A stretch of 64,000 bases of DNA, from positions 1-64,000 of the IMG/VR virus record IMGVR_UViG_3300042945_001831; one strand, given 5' to 3'. The notes under the pieces were generated by a model. The model did not search any database and had not been told where the DNA came from. It saw nothing but the letters and a program-made list of their open reading frames with translations. Below, one piece after another: positions 47,530 through 57,735 of this stretch. This stretch comes from a virus. Both the position numbers and the translations under genes were made by a program. Position 1 is the first letter of the stretch. Every line of letters begins with the position of its first letter.

Positions 47530-48180
47530 ATGAAACTCATCACAGAAGAAGTACAAAAAGTTGAATTTATTGTTGAAGGAAAGGGTTCTGAAAAAAAAAT
47601 GTTTATTGAAGGTATTTTCCTTCAAGGTGATCTAGAAAATAGAAATAAAAGACGTTACCCAACCCAGATTCTTGCTCGTGAAGTAAAAAGATATAATGAA
47701 GCATTTGTAGAAAAAGGTCGTGCTCTTGGAGAGTTGGGACATCCAGATGGTCCTACAGTAAATCTAGATAGAGTTTCTCACAAAATTGTTTCTCTAACTC
47801 AAGAAGGAAATAACTTTAGAGGAAAAGCACAACTTTTAGAAACACCAATGGGAAAGATTGCAAAATCTTTAATTGGCGAAGGAGTTATGTTGGGTGTTTC
47901 TTCTCGTGGTATTGGTTCATTAACTCCAACAAATGAAGGATACTCAGTAGTTGGAGAAGATTTTATGCTTGCTACTGCTGCTGATATTGTTGCTGATCCT
48001 TCTGCTCCAGATGCTTTTGTAAACGGTATTATGGAAGGAAAAGAATGGATTTGGGAAGGAACTGTTTTGAGAGAAAAAAATGTAAGTAATATTCAAAGAA
48101 GAATAAATACATTAGTTGATCAGAAGAGATTGGATGAACAAAAACTCAATCTGTTCAATGAATTTCTATCAAATTTATAA
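47530..48180 (+). CDS. gp21: prohead protease gp21
   Basis: ALGELGHP, LDRVSH, GVSSRGIGS, DIVADPSAPDAFV. Confidence 0.97.
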   Translation: MKLITEEVQKVEFIVEGKGSEKKMFIEGIFLQGDLENRNKRRYPTQILAREVKRYNEAFVEKGRALGELGHPDGPTVNLDRVSHKIVSLTQEGNNFRGKAQLLETPMGKIAKSLIGEGVMLGVSSRGIGSLTPTNEGYSVVGEDFMLATAADIVADPSAPDAFVNGIMEGKEWIWEGTVLREKNVSNIQRRINTLVDQKRLDEQKLNLFNEFLSNL

Positions 48181-48182
48181 TT

Positions 48183-48190
48183 TATAAATA
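48183..48190 (+). promoter_or_regulatory. late promoter TATAAATA
   Basis: exact consensus upstream of gp22. Confidence 0.8.
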
Positions 48191-48227
48191 AATATAGATT
48201 TAACACAGGTTTAATCGGAGAGTTCAA

Positions 48228-49397
48228 ATGTCCCGTGGTAACAATTTACAAGAAATGGAAACAGGCACTTCACAATCTCGTACTGCTGTAAATGCTAATG
48301 CAAAAGCAGGCGATCCAATGCAGAAATTAGATGCAGGAGCTGTTGCTGGTCAAACCGGCAGTTGGGAAGATCTTGGTGGTCCCACCCCAGAGAATTACAA
48401 ATCAACTGATGATTCAGCAAAATTAAAAACTCCTGGAGCAACTCTTAAGCAAGTTAAGGACGTTATCAACAAAGGCGCAAAACCTGCTGAAGCAATGAAG
48501 GGAATGAAAGAAGAGGAAGAACTCGAAGATGAAGATCTTCTTTCAGAAGAAGAAGAGAAAGAAGATAGCGAAGAGGATGACGATGAAGATAAGAAAGAGA
48601 AAAAATCCAAAAAGTCAAAAGACGAAGAAGATGATGACGAAGAAGAAGATGATACTCCTATGAAAGAAGCATATGACATCGAAGAAGATGTCAATGCTCT
48701 TCTAGGTGGAGAAGATCTTTCTGAAGAATTCAAAGAAAAGGCAAAAATTATATTTGAGTCTGCAATCAATTCAAAGATCGTCGAAATTCAAGAATCACTA
48801 GAAGCACATTATGAAGCTCAATTAATTGAGCAAGTTGAAGATATGAAAGTTCAACTTGCCGAAAGAGTTGATGCATATCTCGAATATGTATCCGATGAAT
48901 GGATGCAGGAAAATGAACTTTCAGTAGAAAGGGGACTCCAGGCAGAAATGACTGAATCTTTCCTTTCTGGTCTGAAAGGACTTTTTGAAGAACATTATGT
49001 AACAATCCCTGAAGATAGATATGATGTACTTGAGAGTATGGTAGACAAACTTGATGAAATGGAGACAAAACTCAATGAGCAAATTTCAAAGAACGTTGCT
49101 CTTAATCAAAAACTAGCAGAATCAGTTGCTGATGTAATTTTCAGTGATATTTCTGAGGGACTTGCAGTTTCACAGAAAGATAAACTTGCTTCTCTAGCAG
49201 AAAGTGTTGAGTTTGAAAGTGAAGAAGACTATCGTGAGAAACTAGTAACATTGAGGGAAGCATATTTTCCCAAGAATACTGGCACTCAAAGAGATCATTC
49301 AGAAACATTAACTGAAGAAGGTTCAACTTATAATCAACCAGTTTCTGGTTTGATGGAATCATATCTTCAGACTCTGAATAGAGTTTCAAAAAAGTGA
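48228..49397 (+). CDS. gp22: prohead core scaffold gp22
   Basis: LSEEFKEKAKIIFESAI, VDAYLEYVSDEW, FLSGLKGLFEEHYV. Confidence 0.95.
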   Translation: MSRGNNLQEMETGTSQSRTAVNANAKAGDPMQKLDAGAVAGQTGSWEDLGGPTPENYKSTDDSAKLKTPGATLKQVKDVINKGAKPAEAMKGMKEEEELEDEDLLSEEEEKEDSEEDDDEDKKEKKSKKSKDEEDDDEEEDDTPMKEAYDIEEDVNALLGGEDLSEEFKEKAKIIFESAINSKIVEIQESLEAHYEAQLIEQVEDMKVQLAERVDAYLEYVSDEWMQENELSVERGLQAEMTESFLSGLKGLFEEHYVTIPEDRYDVLESMVDKLDEMETKLNEQISKNVALNQKLAESVADVIFSDISEGLAVSQKDKLASLAESVEFESEEDYREKLVTLREAYFPKNTGTQRDHSETLTEEGSTYNQPVSGLMESYLQTLNRVSKK

Positions 49398-49446
49398 TTT
49401 TTAAATCATAAATCAAACTAACAAATTTCCAAAAGAGGCAAAACAA

Positions 49447-50847
49447 ATGCAAATGTTCAATGCAGAACAATTGCAGGAAAAGTGGGCACCACTTCTAAAC
49501 TATGAGGGTCTTGATAAAATCAAAGACTCACATCGTAGAATGGTAACTGCAGTCCTGCTAGAAAACCAAGAAAAATTCTTAAGAGAGGAGCGTGATTTCC
49601 TCTATGAAGGACCAACCAACTCAGCTGGAACTGGTGGTTTCTCAAACACTGGAACTGGTGCAGTTGCTACTGGTCCAGTTGCTGGTTTTGATCCAGTTCT
49701 TATTTCATTGATCAGACGTTCAATGCCTAACCTGGTCGCTTATGACCTCGCAGGTGTTCAGCCAATGAATGGTCCTACCGGACTTATCTTCGCAATGCGT
49801 TCACGCTACGGAACAAATAGAACAACTGGAGCTGAAGCATTCTTCAATGAAGCAGATACTTCATTCTCTGGAGAAAACGCAGCACAAAACCTCACAGGTT
49901 CCTTCACTGATGTCGCTGCTGGTTTTGGTACTACTTCGAACCCAGCAGGAACAAATCCAGGTCTTCTTAACCCAGTTGGAACTGCAGTAACCGCTAGCTA
50001 CGCTACCGGACAAGCAATGAATACTGGCGATGCTGAATCACTCGGTGAAGCTGGTAACATATTCAACGAAATGGCTTTCTCAATCGAGAAAGTTACCGTT
50101 ACTGCAAAATCACGCGCACTGAAAGCTGAGTATTCACTAGAACTCGCTCAAGACCTCAAGGCAATTCACGGTCTAAATGCAGAAGCAGAACTTGCTAACA
50201 TTCTCTCAACTGAAATCCTCGCTGAAATCAACAGAGAAGTTATTCGTACAATCTATAAGGTTGCAGAGCAAGGTGCTGCCGTTAATACTGCTACCTCTGG
50301 TATTTTTGACCTTGACGTTGACTCCAATGGTCGTTGGTCAGTTGAGAAGTTCAAAGGACTTCTATTCCAAATTGAGCGCGATGCTAACGCAATCGCACAA
50401 AGAACTCGTAGAGGAAAGGGTAATATGATCCTCTGCTCGGCAGACGTTGCTTCGGCACTCACCATGGCAGGTGTTCTTGATTACACCCCAGCACTTAATG
50501 CTAACCTCAACGTTGATGACACTGGTAATACCTTTGCTGGTGTTCTTCAGGGCAAGTATCGTGTATATATTGACCCATATTCGGCAAACGTATCTGCTAA
50601 CCAATACTACGTTGTTGGTTATAAGGGATCTTCACCTTATGATGCAGGTCTCTTCTATTGCCCATATGTACCTCTCCAAATGGTACGTGCCGTTGGTCAG
50701 GACACCTTCCAGCCAAAAATTGGATTCAAGACTCGTTATGGTCTTGTTGCTAATCCATTCGCTGAAGGAACTACTCAAGGTTCTGGTCGTCTTCTTGCTA
50801 ACGCAAACCGTTACTACAGAAGAGTCCGCGTTGACAATTTAATGTGA
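49447..50847 (+). CDS. gp23: major capsid protein gp23
   Basis: GVQPMNGPTGLIFAMR, AKSRALKAEYSLELAQDLKAIHGL, FQPKIGFKTRYG. Confidence 0.98.
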   Translation: MQMFNAEQLQEKWAPLLNYEGLDKIKDSHRRMVTAVLLENQEKFLREERDFLYEGPTNSAGTGGFSNTGTGAVATGPVAGFDPVLISLIRRSMPNLVAYDLAGVQPMNGPTGLIFAMRSRYGTNRTTGAEAFFNEADTSFSGENAAQNLTGSFTDVAAGFGTTSNPAGTNPGLLNPVGTAVTASYATGQAMNTGDAESLGEAGNIFNEMAFSIEKVTVTAKSRALKAEYSLELAQDLKAIHGLNAEAELANILSTEILAEINREVIRTIYKVAEQGAAVNTATSGIFDLDVDSNGRWSVEKFKGLLFQIERDANAIAQRTRRGKGNMILCSADVASALTMAGVLDYTPALNANLNVDDTGNTFAGVLQGKYRVYIDPYSANVSANQYYVVGYKGSSPYDAGLFYCPYVPLQMVRAVGQDTFQPKIGFKTRYGLVANPFAEGTTQGSGRLLANANRYYRRVRVDNLM

Positions 50848-50869
50848 GCCATTGGTTCACACATTACTG

Positions 50870-50896
50870 GAGGGTCCTTCGGGACCCTCTTTTTTT
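50870..50896 (+). terminator. intrinsic terminator with UUCG tetraloop
   Basis: GAGGGTCC-TTCG-GGACCCTC followed by T7. Confidence 0.92.
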
Positions 50897-50918
50897 ATGC
50901 AAATAAATACAAATAAAA

Positions 50919-51467
50919 ATGTCACAGACACCGTTCTCAAAACAATTATCAAATAGAAATTACTTATCTCCAGCTGGGTTTAAATTTTCTATTACAAAGA
51001 TTCCAAAAGCAGATTTTTTTTCTAATTCTGCAAATATTCCTGGAATCAATCTTGGAGTTGCAATGCAACCAACTTACCTAAAGGATATTCCTGTTCCTGG
51101 TGATAAAATAACTTATGATGATTTGTCTTTTAGTTTTTTTGTAGATGAAAATTTAGAAAATTATCTTGAAGTCCATAAATGGATAAGAGGGCTTGGATAT
51201 CCAGAAAGTATTCAAGAATTTTCTACATTAAAAGAAAATGATCAATATTTTCCCACCAATTCAGCAAAAAATCCATATAACGAATATTCTGATGCTTCTT
51301 TGTCTATCTACAACAGCAATTTCAATATAATTGCACAAATACATTTTAAAGATGTATTTCCTGTGAGTTTATCTCCTGTGGATTTTGATGCAAAATCAGG
51401 TGATATCAATTATGTTGAAGCAGAGGTCACTTTTAAGTATTCTATATATGATATAGTTGTTTTATGA
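50919..51467 (+). CDS. gp3: tail completion / tube terminator gp3
   Basis: NYLSPAGFKF, ANIPGINLG, VDENLENYLE, FPVSLS. Confidence 0.9.
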   Translation: MSQTPFSKQLSNRNYLSPAGFKFSITKIPKADFFSNSANIPGINLGVAMQPTYLKDIPVPGDKITYDDLSFSFFVDENLENYLEVHKWIRGLGYPESIQEFSTLKENDQYFPTNSAKNPYNEYSDASLSIYNSNFNIIAQIHFKDVFPVSLSPVDFDAKSGDINYVEAEVTFKYSIYDIVVL

Positions 51468-51470
51468 TTT

Positions 51471-51899
51471 ATGAACATTGATGAGATTCAATTATTATGG
51501 GAAGAAGATTCAAAAATAGATCAAGACAATCTCCACACGGAGTCATTAAAAATACCTTCACTTCACGCAAAATATTATAAAATTTACAATAATACGTTAA
51601 CTCTCAAAAAATCTCAAGAAAACAAGTATAAAATTTTAAAAAAAGAAAAATGGCAATATTACACTGGAAAATCCGATCCTGATGTTTATATTAAAAATCC
51701 ATTTGATCATAAAGTTTTAAAGCAAGATATAGACAAATATCTTGATGCTGATGAAGAATTAATTATTTGTTTAACAAAAATTGAATATTATCAAATGATG
51801 ATCAATTATTTGGAAAGTATTTTAAAAACAATATTAAACAGAACATATCAATTAAAAAATGCCATTGAATGGTCAAAATTTGTTGCAGGATATAGTTAA
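51471..51899 (+). CDS. uvsY: recombination mediator UvsY
   Basis: ESLKIPSLHAKY, YYTGK, RTYQLKNAIEW; between gp3 and uvsW. Confidence 0.9.
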   Translation: MNIDEIQLLWEEDSKIDQDNLHTESLKIPSLHAKYYKIYNNTLTLKKSQENKYKILKKEKWQYYTGKSDPDVYIKNPFDHKVLKQDIDKYLDADEELIICLTKIEYYQMMINYLESILKTILNRTYQLKNAIEWSKFVAGYS

Positions 51900-51902
51900 A
51901 AT

Positions 51903-53369
51903 ATGGCCGACATTATTATTAAAAAGAAGAACGAAATTTTCCTCACATTAAAAGCAGAACCACATATATTTCAAGAATTGTCAGATCATTTTACTTTTGA
52001 AATTCCTGGTGCAAAGTTTATGCCGCAATATCGCAGCAAACATTGGGATGGTAAAATAAGATTATTTTCTACACATAATGGTGAAATTTATGTTGGTCTT
52101 TTAGATAAAATCATTTCTTGGGCAAAAAATCATGAATACTCAATTGAGTTTGAAAATAATAAATTTTATGGAACTCCATTTGAAGAAAATGAGATGATCT
52201 CATATGAAGGAGTTTCTGATTATATGAATAAAATTTCAAAACATAAACCAAGAGATTATCAAATTGATGCTGTTTGTGATGCATTGAAATATAATCGCAA
52301 ACTTTTAATATCCCCAACTGCTTCAGGAAAATCTTTAATGATTTATTCTGTTGTTAGGTATTATATTGAATCAAATAAAAAAATTTTACTTATTGTTCCA
52401 ACAACTTCTCTCGTGGAACAAATGTATAAAGATTTTGAAGATTATGGATGGAATGCAAAAGAATATTGTCATAAAATTTATTCAGGTAAAGAAAAAACAA
52501 CCGATCTTCCTGTAGTGATTACAACTTGGCAATCAATATACAAATTGGATAGAAAATTTTTTAAAAATTTTGAAGTTGTAATCGGAGATGAAGCACATCA
52601 ATTTAAATCAAAGTCATTAATCAGCATTATGACTAAGTTGGATAATGCAAAGTACAGATTTGGATTTACTGGAACTTTAGATGGATCACAGACTCATAAA
52701 TGGGTTTTGGAAGGTCTATTTGGTCCTAGTTATAAAGTAACTCAAACAAAGGATTTAATAGATAAAGGACATTTATCAAAATTACAAATTCGTGTTCTTT
52801 TGTTAAAACATAATGAACAGCAATTTAATGATTATGAAGAAGAAATTCAATATATTATCAATCATCAAAAAAGAAATAATTTTATTAAAAATCTTGTAAA
52901 TGATTTAAAAGGAAATACATTGGTTCTTTTTAATCGTGTTGAATCTCATGGAACTCCTCTTTATGAATTAATAAATAAATCAGTAGATAAGAATCGTAGA
53001 GTATTTTACGTTCATGGTGGAATAAGCACAGAAGAAAGAGAAAAAGTAAGAGAAATTACAGAAAAAGAAAGTAATGCAATTATTGTTGCTTCTTATGGAA
53101 CATTCTCAACTGGAATCAATATTAAAAATTTGCACAATGTAGTCTTTTCTTCTCCAAGCAAATCTAGAATAAGAAATCTACAATCTATAGGCAGAGTTTT
53201 AAGGAAAGGAGATAGCAAAACAAAAGCTATTCTTTATGATATTGCCGATGATATGACTTACAAATCAAGAAAAAATTATACATTAAATCATTTAATTGAA
53301 AGAATAAAAATTTATAATGAAGAAAAATTTAACTATGAAATTATACAAGTTAATTTTAAAGAAAAATGA
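51903..53369 (+). CDS. uvsW: RNA-DNA/DNA helicase UvsW
   Basis: PRDYQ, SPTASGKS, GDEAH, GFTGT, LQSIGRVLR. Confidence 0.96.
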   Translation: MADIIIKKKNEIFLTLKAEPHIFQELSDHFTFEIPGAKFMPQYRSKHWDGKIRLFSTHNGEIYVGLLDKIISWAKNHEYSIEFENNKFYGTPFEENEMISYEGVSDYMNKISKHKPRDYQIDAVCDALKYNRKLLISPTASGKSLMIYSVVRYYIESNKKILLIVPTTSLVEQMYKDFEDYGWNAKEYCHKIYSGKEKTTDLPVVITTWQSIYKLDRKFFKNFEVVIGDEAHQFKSKSLISIMTKLDNAKYRFGFTGTLDGSQTHKWVLEGLFGPSYKVTQTKDLIDKGHLSKLQIRVLLLKHNEQQFNDYEEEIQYIINHQKRNNFIKNLVNDLKGNTLVLFNRVESHGTPLYELINKSVDKNRRVFYVHGGISTEEREKVREITEKESNAIIVASYGTFSTGINIKNLHNVVFSSPSKSRIRNLQSIGRVLRKGDSKTKAILYDIADDMTYKSRKNYTLNHLIERIKIYNEEKFNYEIIQVNFKEK

Positions 53370-53755
53370 ACGAAGACTTTTACGCAGCTATAAAATTAAT
53401 ATCTGGTGAAGAAATATTTTCTAAAGTATGTTCTTGTGAAGAAAAAGATAAAACTATTTTAATTCTTGATACTCCAGTAGTTATTGAAACAATTAATATT
53501 CGTCAATTGGGAGTTAATGCAGTTCGTGTTAATCCTTGGTTAAAATATGCAAATGATTCAATTTTAGTCATTAATATGGACAGAATAATTACAATTACTG
53601 AAATAAATGATGAATCAATAATTAAAGTATATAATAAATTTTTGAGAGATAAAGATAAAAAATCTTCTATGAGTAATATTAGTCCTAATATGGGATTTTT
53701 ATCATCTATTGCTGAAGCAAGAGTATCTTTGGAGAAGTTATATAAAAATAATTAA
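53366..53755 (+). CDS. hypothetical protein between uvsW and gp55
   Basis: IKLISGEEIFSKV; ATGA coupling. Confidence 0.8.
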   Translation: MNEDFYAAIKLISGEEIFSKVCSCEEKDKTILILDTPVVIETINIRQLGVNAVRVNPWLKYANDSILVINMDRIITITEINDESIIKVYNKFLRDKDKKSSMSNISPNMGFLSSIAEARVSLEKLYKNN

Positions 53756-53787
53756 AGCTATAATTGATCTTCAACCCTAACAGAGTG

Positions 53788-53816
53788 ATTATAGGCATAT
53801 TCAAACTGTTTGTCAA
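53788..53816 (-). promoter_or_regulatory. perfect consensus sigma70 promoter, antisense orientation
   Basis: minus strand TTGACA-17-TATAAT. Confidence 0.75.
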
Positions 53817-53864
53817 CTATTTACTTGATGTGCTATAATAAACCAAAACTAGTAAGACTTATAA

Positions 53865-54332
53865 ATGAAAGAAAAGAAAAAAAATCCCAATTATGTTAAT
53901 AATAAAGATTTTCATGATGCATTGATTACTCATAAGAGAAAAATGGATGAGTCAAAAGCTAATGGACTTCCACCGCCAAGAATTTCCAATTATCTTGGAG
54001 ATTGCTTTTTGAAAATTGCTACTCATTTATCATATCGTCCTAATTTTGTAAATTATATGTTTCGTGATGATATGATTTCTGATGGTGTGGAAAATTGTGT
54101 TCAATATATTAATAATTTTGATGTTAATCGTTCAAATCCGTTTGCTTACTTTACTCAAATTGTTTGGTATGCTTTTTTGAGGCGTATTTCTAGAGAAAAG
54201 AGACAAATGGAAATTAAAGATAAAATTATTGAACGCAGTGGATTTGAAGAGGTATTTACTGCTGATGAAGGATACAATAGATCAAATTACAATACAATTA
54301 AAGACAATATTCAAATTAAATTAAATCAATGA
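53865..54332 (+). CDS. gp55: late sigma factor gp55
   Basis: YVNNKDF, RPNFVNY, DMISDGVENC, NPFAYFTQI; TG-C-TATAAT extended -10 just upstream. Confidence 0.96.
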   Translation: MKEKKKNPNYVNNKDFHDALITHKRKMDESKANGLPPPRISNYLGDCFLKIATHLSYRPNFVNYMFRDDMISDGVENCVQYINNFDVNRSNPFAYFTQIVWYAFLRRISREKRQMEIKDKIIERSGFEEVFTADEGYNRSNYNTIKDNIQIKLNQ

Positions 54333-55372
54333 AGATTGGATTGATTACTGATACTCATTATAATTTTAAAAAAGCAAATAAATCTTTTCATGATTATTTT
54401 GCAAAATTTTACAATGACATATTTTTTCCTACTTTAGAAAAACATAAAATTCAAACTGTCATTCATTTGGGCGATGCTTTTGATAGTCGCAAAGGTGTTG
54501 ATTATTGGGCTCTTGATTGGGCGAAAAAAAATGTTTATGATAGATTTCAAGATTTAGGAATTACTGTTTATAATATTGTAGGAAATCACGATGCTTATTA
54601 TAAAAACAGTAATGAAATTAATTCTATAGATACACTTCTTCAACAATATTATAATGTAGTTAAAGTTTCCAGACCAACAGAATATATTATTGAAGGAATG
54701 AAAACAGTTCTTCTTCCTTGGATATGCGCCGATAACGAAAAAGAAACTTTTGATCTTCTTGAAAAAACAGAAGCAAAAGTTATTTTTGGTCATCTTGAAT
54801 TAAATGGATTTACAGTTTATCCAGGACAATATCAACAGGATGGATTGGATAAAAAAGTATTTCAAAAGTTTGATAGAGTTTATTCGGGCCATTATCATAC
54901 TCGTAGTGATGATGGTAAAATTTTTTATATTGGAAATCCATATCAAATGTTTTGGAATGATGTAAATGATGTAAGAGGATTTCATATTTTTGATACTAAT
55001 GAATATGAATTGGAAAAATTTGATAATCCGTATAATATTTTTGAAAAAATATATTATGATGAGACGGATTATAAAAAATTTAATACTTCATATTTGACAA
55101 ATAAAATGGTTAAGATAATTGTTAGAAAAAAAGAAGATCATTTGATGTTTGATAAGTTTGTAGACAGTATACTTAAAGTAAATCCATTGGAACTTAAGAT
55201 ATCTGAAAATATTGATGTTTTTGATGATGATGTAGATTGTTCTGATATTACCACGGAAGATACATTGAGTATTTTGGATAAATATGTTCAAGAAGCAGAC
55301 TTTGATTTAAATAAAGATATGATAAAAAAACTTCTACGAGATGTATACAAAGAAGCATTAGAAATAGAATAA
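54329..55372 (+). CDS. gp47: recombination nuclease gp47 (Mre11/SbcD-like)
   Basis: ITDTH, HLGDAFD, VGNHD, GHLE, SGHYH. Confidence 0.95.
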   Translation: MKIGLITDTHYNFKKANKSFHDYFAKFYNDIFFPTLEKHKIQTVIHLGDAFDSRKGVDYWALDWAKKNVYDRFQDLGITVYNIVGNHDAYYKNSNEINSIDTLLQQYYNVVKVSRPTEYIIEGMKTVLLPWICADNEKETFDLLEKTEAKVIFGHLELNGFTVYPGQYQQDGLDKKVFQKFDRVYSGHYHTRSDDGKIFYIGNPYQMFWNDVNDVRGFHIFDTNEYELEKFDNPYNIFEKIYYDETDYKKFNTSYLTNKMVKIIVRKKEDHLMFDKFVDSILKVNPLELKISENIDVFDDDVDCSDITTEDTLSILDKYVQEADFDLNKDMIKKLLRDVYKEALEIE

Positions 55373-55659
55373 TGTTTATACTTACTATCAAAGAAAAGGA
55401 AAATGAAGGAGCATATGCAGTAATTGATGATGATGGCGAAAAGGCATTGTATTTTTTTGAAGAAGAAGATGATGCCGAAAGATATGCTGGTCTTTTGGAA
55501 GCAGAAGATTATCCAAAAATGGCTGTAATTGAAGTTGAAGATGAACCAGCAATAAAAACTTGTGAGATGTATGGATATCATTATGTTATAATTACCCCAA
55601 ATGAACTTGTAATACCTCCGCGAGAAAATGATTTTATTCAAGCAAATAACTTATCGTAA
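55372..55659 (+). CDS. hypothetical protein
   Basis: EGAYAV, FEEEDDAERYA; between gp47 and gp46. Confidence 0.8.
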   Translation: MFILTIKEKENEGAYAVIDDDGEKALYFFEEEDDAERYAGLLEAEDYPKMAVIEVEDEPAIKTCEMYGYHYVIITPNELVIPPRENDFIQANNLS

Positions 55660-57346
55660 TTTTTTATCATCAGGAAACCAACCAACTCAAATTAAATTTA
55701 CAGAACATCCAACTACATTAATTGTTGGTGCAAATGGATCCGGAAAAAGCACAATGTTAGATGCTTTGTGTTTTAGTTTGTTTAATAAAGCATTTCGTAA
55801 AATTACAAAAGGGCAATTAGTCAATTCAACTAACGAAAAAGAATGTTTGGTTGAAATTGAATTTAGTATTGGAACAAAAGAGTATAAAATTGTAAGGGGA
55901 ATTAAACCAAATATTTTTGAAATTTGGATTGATGGTGTTTTGCAAAATAAAGCTGCAGCATCTACAGATCAACAAAAACAATTAGAAGATAATATTTTAA
56001 AATTAAATTATAAGTCATTTACTCAAATTGTAATTTTGGGTAGTGCTTCTTTTGTGCCATTTATGCAACTATCTACGGCAAATCGTAGAGAAGTCGTAGA
56101 AGATTTGTTGGATATTAAAATTTTTTCTGCGATGAATGCGGTAATTAAAGACAGAATTAAAAATACAAATGATAAAATCAAAGAACTTTCTTTAAAGCAA
56201 TCCATGACCGAAGAAAAGGTTGAGATGCAAAAAGATTTTATTGAAAGTATTGAGAAAAGTGGTAAAGAAAATATAGAAAAGAAAGAGGATAAAATTACTT
56301 CCATCATCACCTATATTAACCAATTGGCAGCAGAAAACGAACAAAAAGTATTAGTGGTGTCAGATAATCTTCAACCTCAATTGGAAGACCTTTTAGATGC
56401 ATCTAAAAAATTAAAAAAACTTTCCAATTTAAAAGGAAAGATTTCCGAAAAAGTATCAAACATTACAGAACAGCATAAGTTTTTTAATAATAATTCGGTA
56501 TGCCCTACCTGTACTCAAACTATTGAAGAGGAATTTAGATTAAATAAAGTAAATGAATCTGAAACCAAAGCAAAAGAACTTCAGCAAGGTTATAATGAAT
56601 TAAAAGATGCAATTCAACAAGAAGAAAAAAGAGAACGTGAATTTAATGCCATTTCAAAAAAAATCAATTCTTTAAATAATGAAATTTCCAACAATAATGT
56701 TAAAATTTCCCAACTTAATAAACAGACAAGAGACTTGGAACAAGAAATTCAAGACATTGCCAATAAAATTAAAAATAGAAATGTTGAAAGAGAAGCATTA
56801 ATTGAACTGGAGAATTCTTTAAATTTGATTCAAATTGAAAAAGCAAATGAAAAAGAAAATATAACTTATTATGATTTTGCTAATTTTTTAATGAAAGACG
56901 GTGGGATTAAAAGTAAAATTATAAAACAATATTTGCCATTGATGAATAAGCAGATTAATAAGTATCTGCAAATGATGGACTTTTATATTAATTTTACTCT
57001 TGATGAAGAGTTTAATGAAAAAATTAAATCTCCTATTCACGAAGATTTTACATATGAAAGTTTTAGTGAAGGTGAAAAAATGAGAATTAATCTTGCAATT
57101 TTGTTTACTTGGAGAGAAATTGCAAGAATGAAAAATTCAGTTAATACTAATCTTCTTATTTTGGACGAAGTGTTTGATAGTTCTTTAGATTTTATGGGAA
57201 CAGATTATTTTACAAAAATTATTAAATATGTGATAAAAGATACTAATATATTTGTAATTTCTCATAAGACAGACGAATTGATTGATAAATTTGATAGGAT
57301 CATTAAGTTTGATAAAATTAAAGGATTTAGCAAAATGGTTGACTAA
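55628..57346 (+). CDS. gp46: recombination ATPase gp46 (Rad50/SbcC-like)
   Basis: GANGSGKST, zinc hook CPTC, FSEGEK signature, LILDEVFD. Confidence 0.96.
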   Translation: MILFKQITYRNFLSSGNQPTQIKFTEHPTTLIVGANGSGKSTMLDALCFSLFNKAFRKITKGQLVNSTNEKECLVEIEFSIGTKEYKIVRGIKPNIFEIWIDGVLQNKAAASTDQQKQLEDNILKLNYKSFTQIVILGSASFVPFMQLSTANRREVVEDLLDIKIFSAMNAVIKDRIKNTNDKIKELSLKQSMTEEKVEMQKDFIESIEKSGKENIEKKEDKITSIITYINQLAAENEQKVLVVSDNLQPQLEDLLDASKKLKKLSNLKGKISEKVSNITEQHKFFNNNSVCPTCTQTIEEEFRLNKVNESETKAKELQQGYNELKDAIQQEEKREREFNAISKKINSLNNEISNNNVKISQLNKQTRDLEQEIQDIANKIKNRNVEREALIELENSLNLIQIEKANEKENITYYDFANFLMKDGGIKSKIIKQYLPLMNKQINKYLQMMDFYINFTLDEEFNEKIKSPIHEDFTYESFSEGEKMRINLAILFTWREIARMKNSVNTNLLILDEVFDSSLDFMGTDYFTKIIKYVIKDTNIFVISHKTDELIDKFDRIIKFDKIKGFSKMVD

Positions 57347-57367
57347 TCTTTGGTTCTTTGGTATGAT
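57339..57367 (+). promoter_or_regulatory. sigma70-type promoter
   Basis: TTGACT-17-TATGAT with extended TG. Confidence 0.7.
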
Positions 57368-57391
57368 TGATAAAGATAAATATACCTTTTT

Positions 57392-57718
57392 ATGACTTAT
57401 TCTGAATTTGATATTATTATGCCCGAAAACACAAATGTTAATGGTTTCTGGAAATATAATGAAGACAAAATTCTGAAACAACTTGAAGAGTATATTGCTA
57501 GTACTTATAAACAGCATTATGTGGACAGGACTGGTAATGGAACTGAACAAACCCTTGATAAGATTAAACATAATCGTCGTGAAGGATTTTGTGCCGGAAA
57601 TATAACCAAGTATACTGATCGCTATGATACTAAAGGAACACCTCGTGCCGACTTGTTTAAAGTATTGCACTATACTATTCTTTTGATTAATCATCTCAAT
57701 CTCGTTGAAAACAAGTGA
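57392..57718 (+). CDS. DUF3310 / SaV-like protein
   Basis: TYKQHY, GFCAGNITKYTDRYDTKG, DLFKVLHY. Confidence 0.7.
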   Translation: MTYSEFDIIMPENTNVNGFWKYNEDKILKQLEEYIASTYKQHYVDRTGNGTEQTLDKIKHNRREGFCAGNITKYTDRYDTKGTPRADLFKVLHYTILLINHLNLVENK

Positions 57719-57735
57719 AACTCAAATCTCAAATT

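Noticed and set aside
48395-48769. Ser-rich minus-strand ORF
   Set aside because: Reverse complement of the GAA/GAT-rich acidic tract of gp22.
49769-50842. Alternative-frame ORFs inside gp23
   Set aside because: Expected from the strong codon bias of the capsid gene; no independent start signals.
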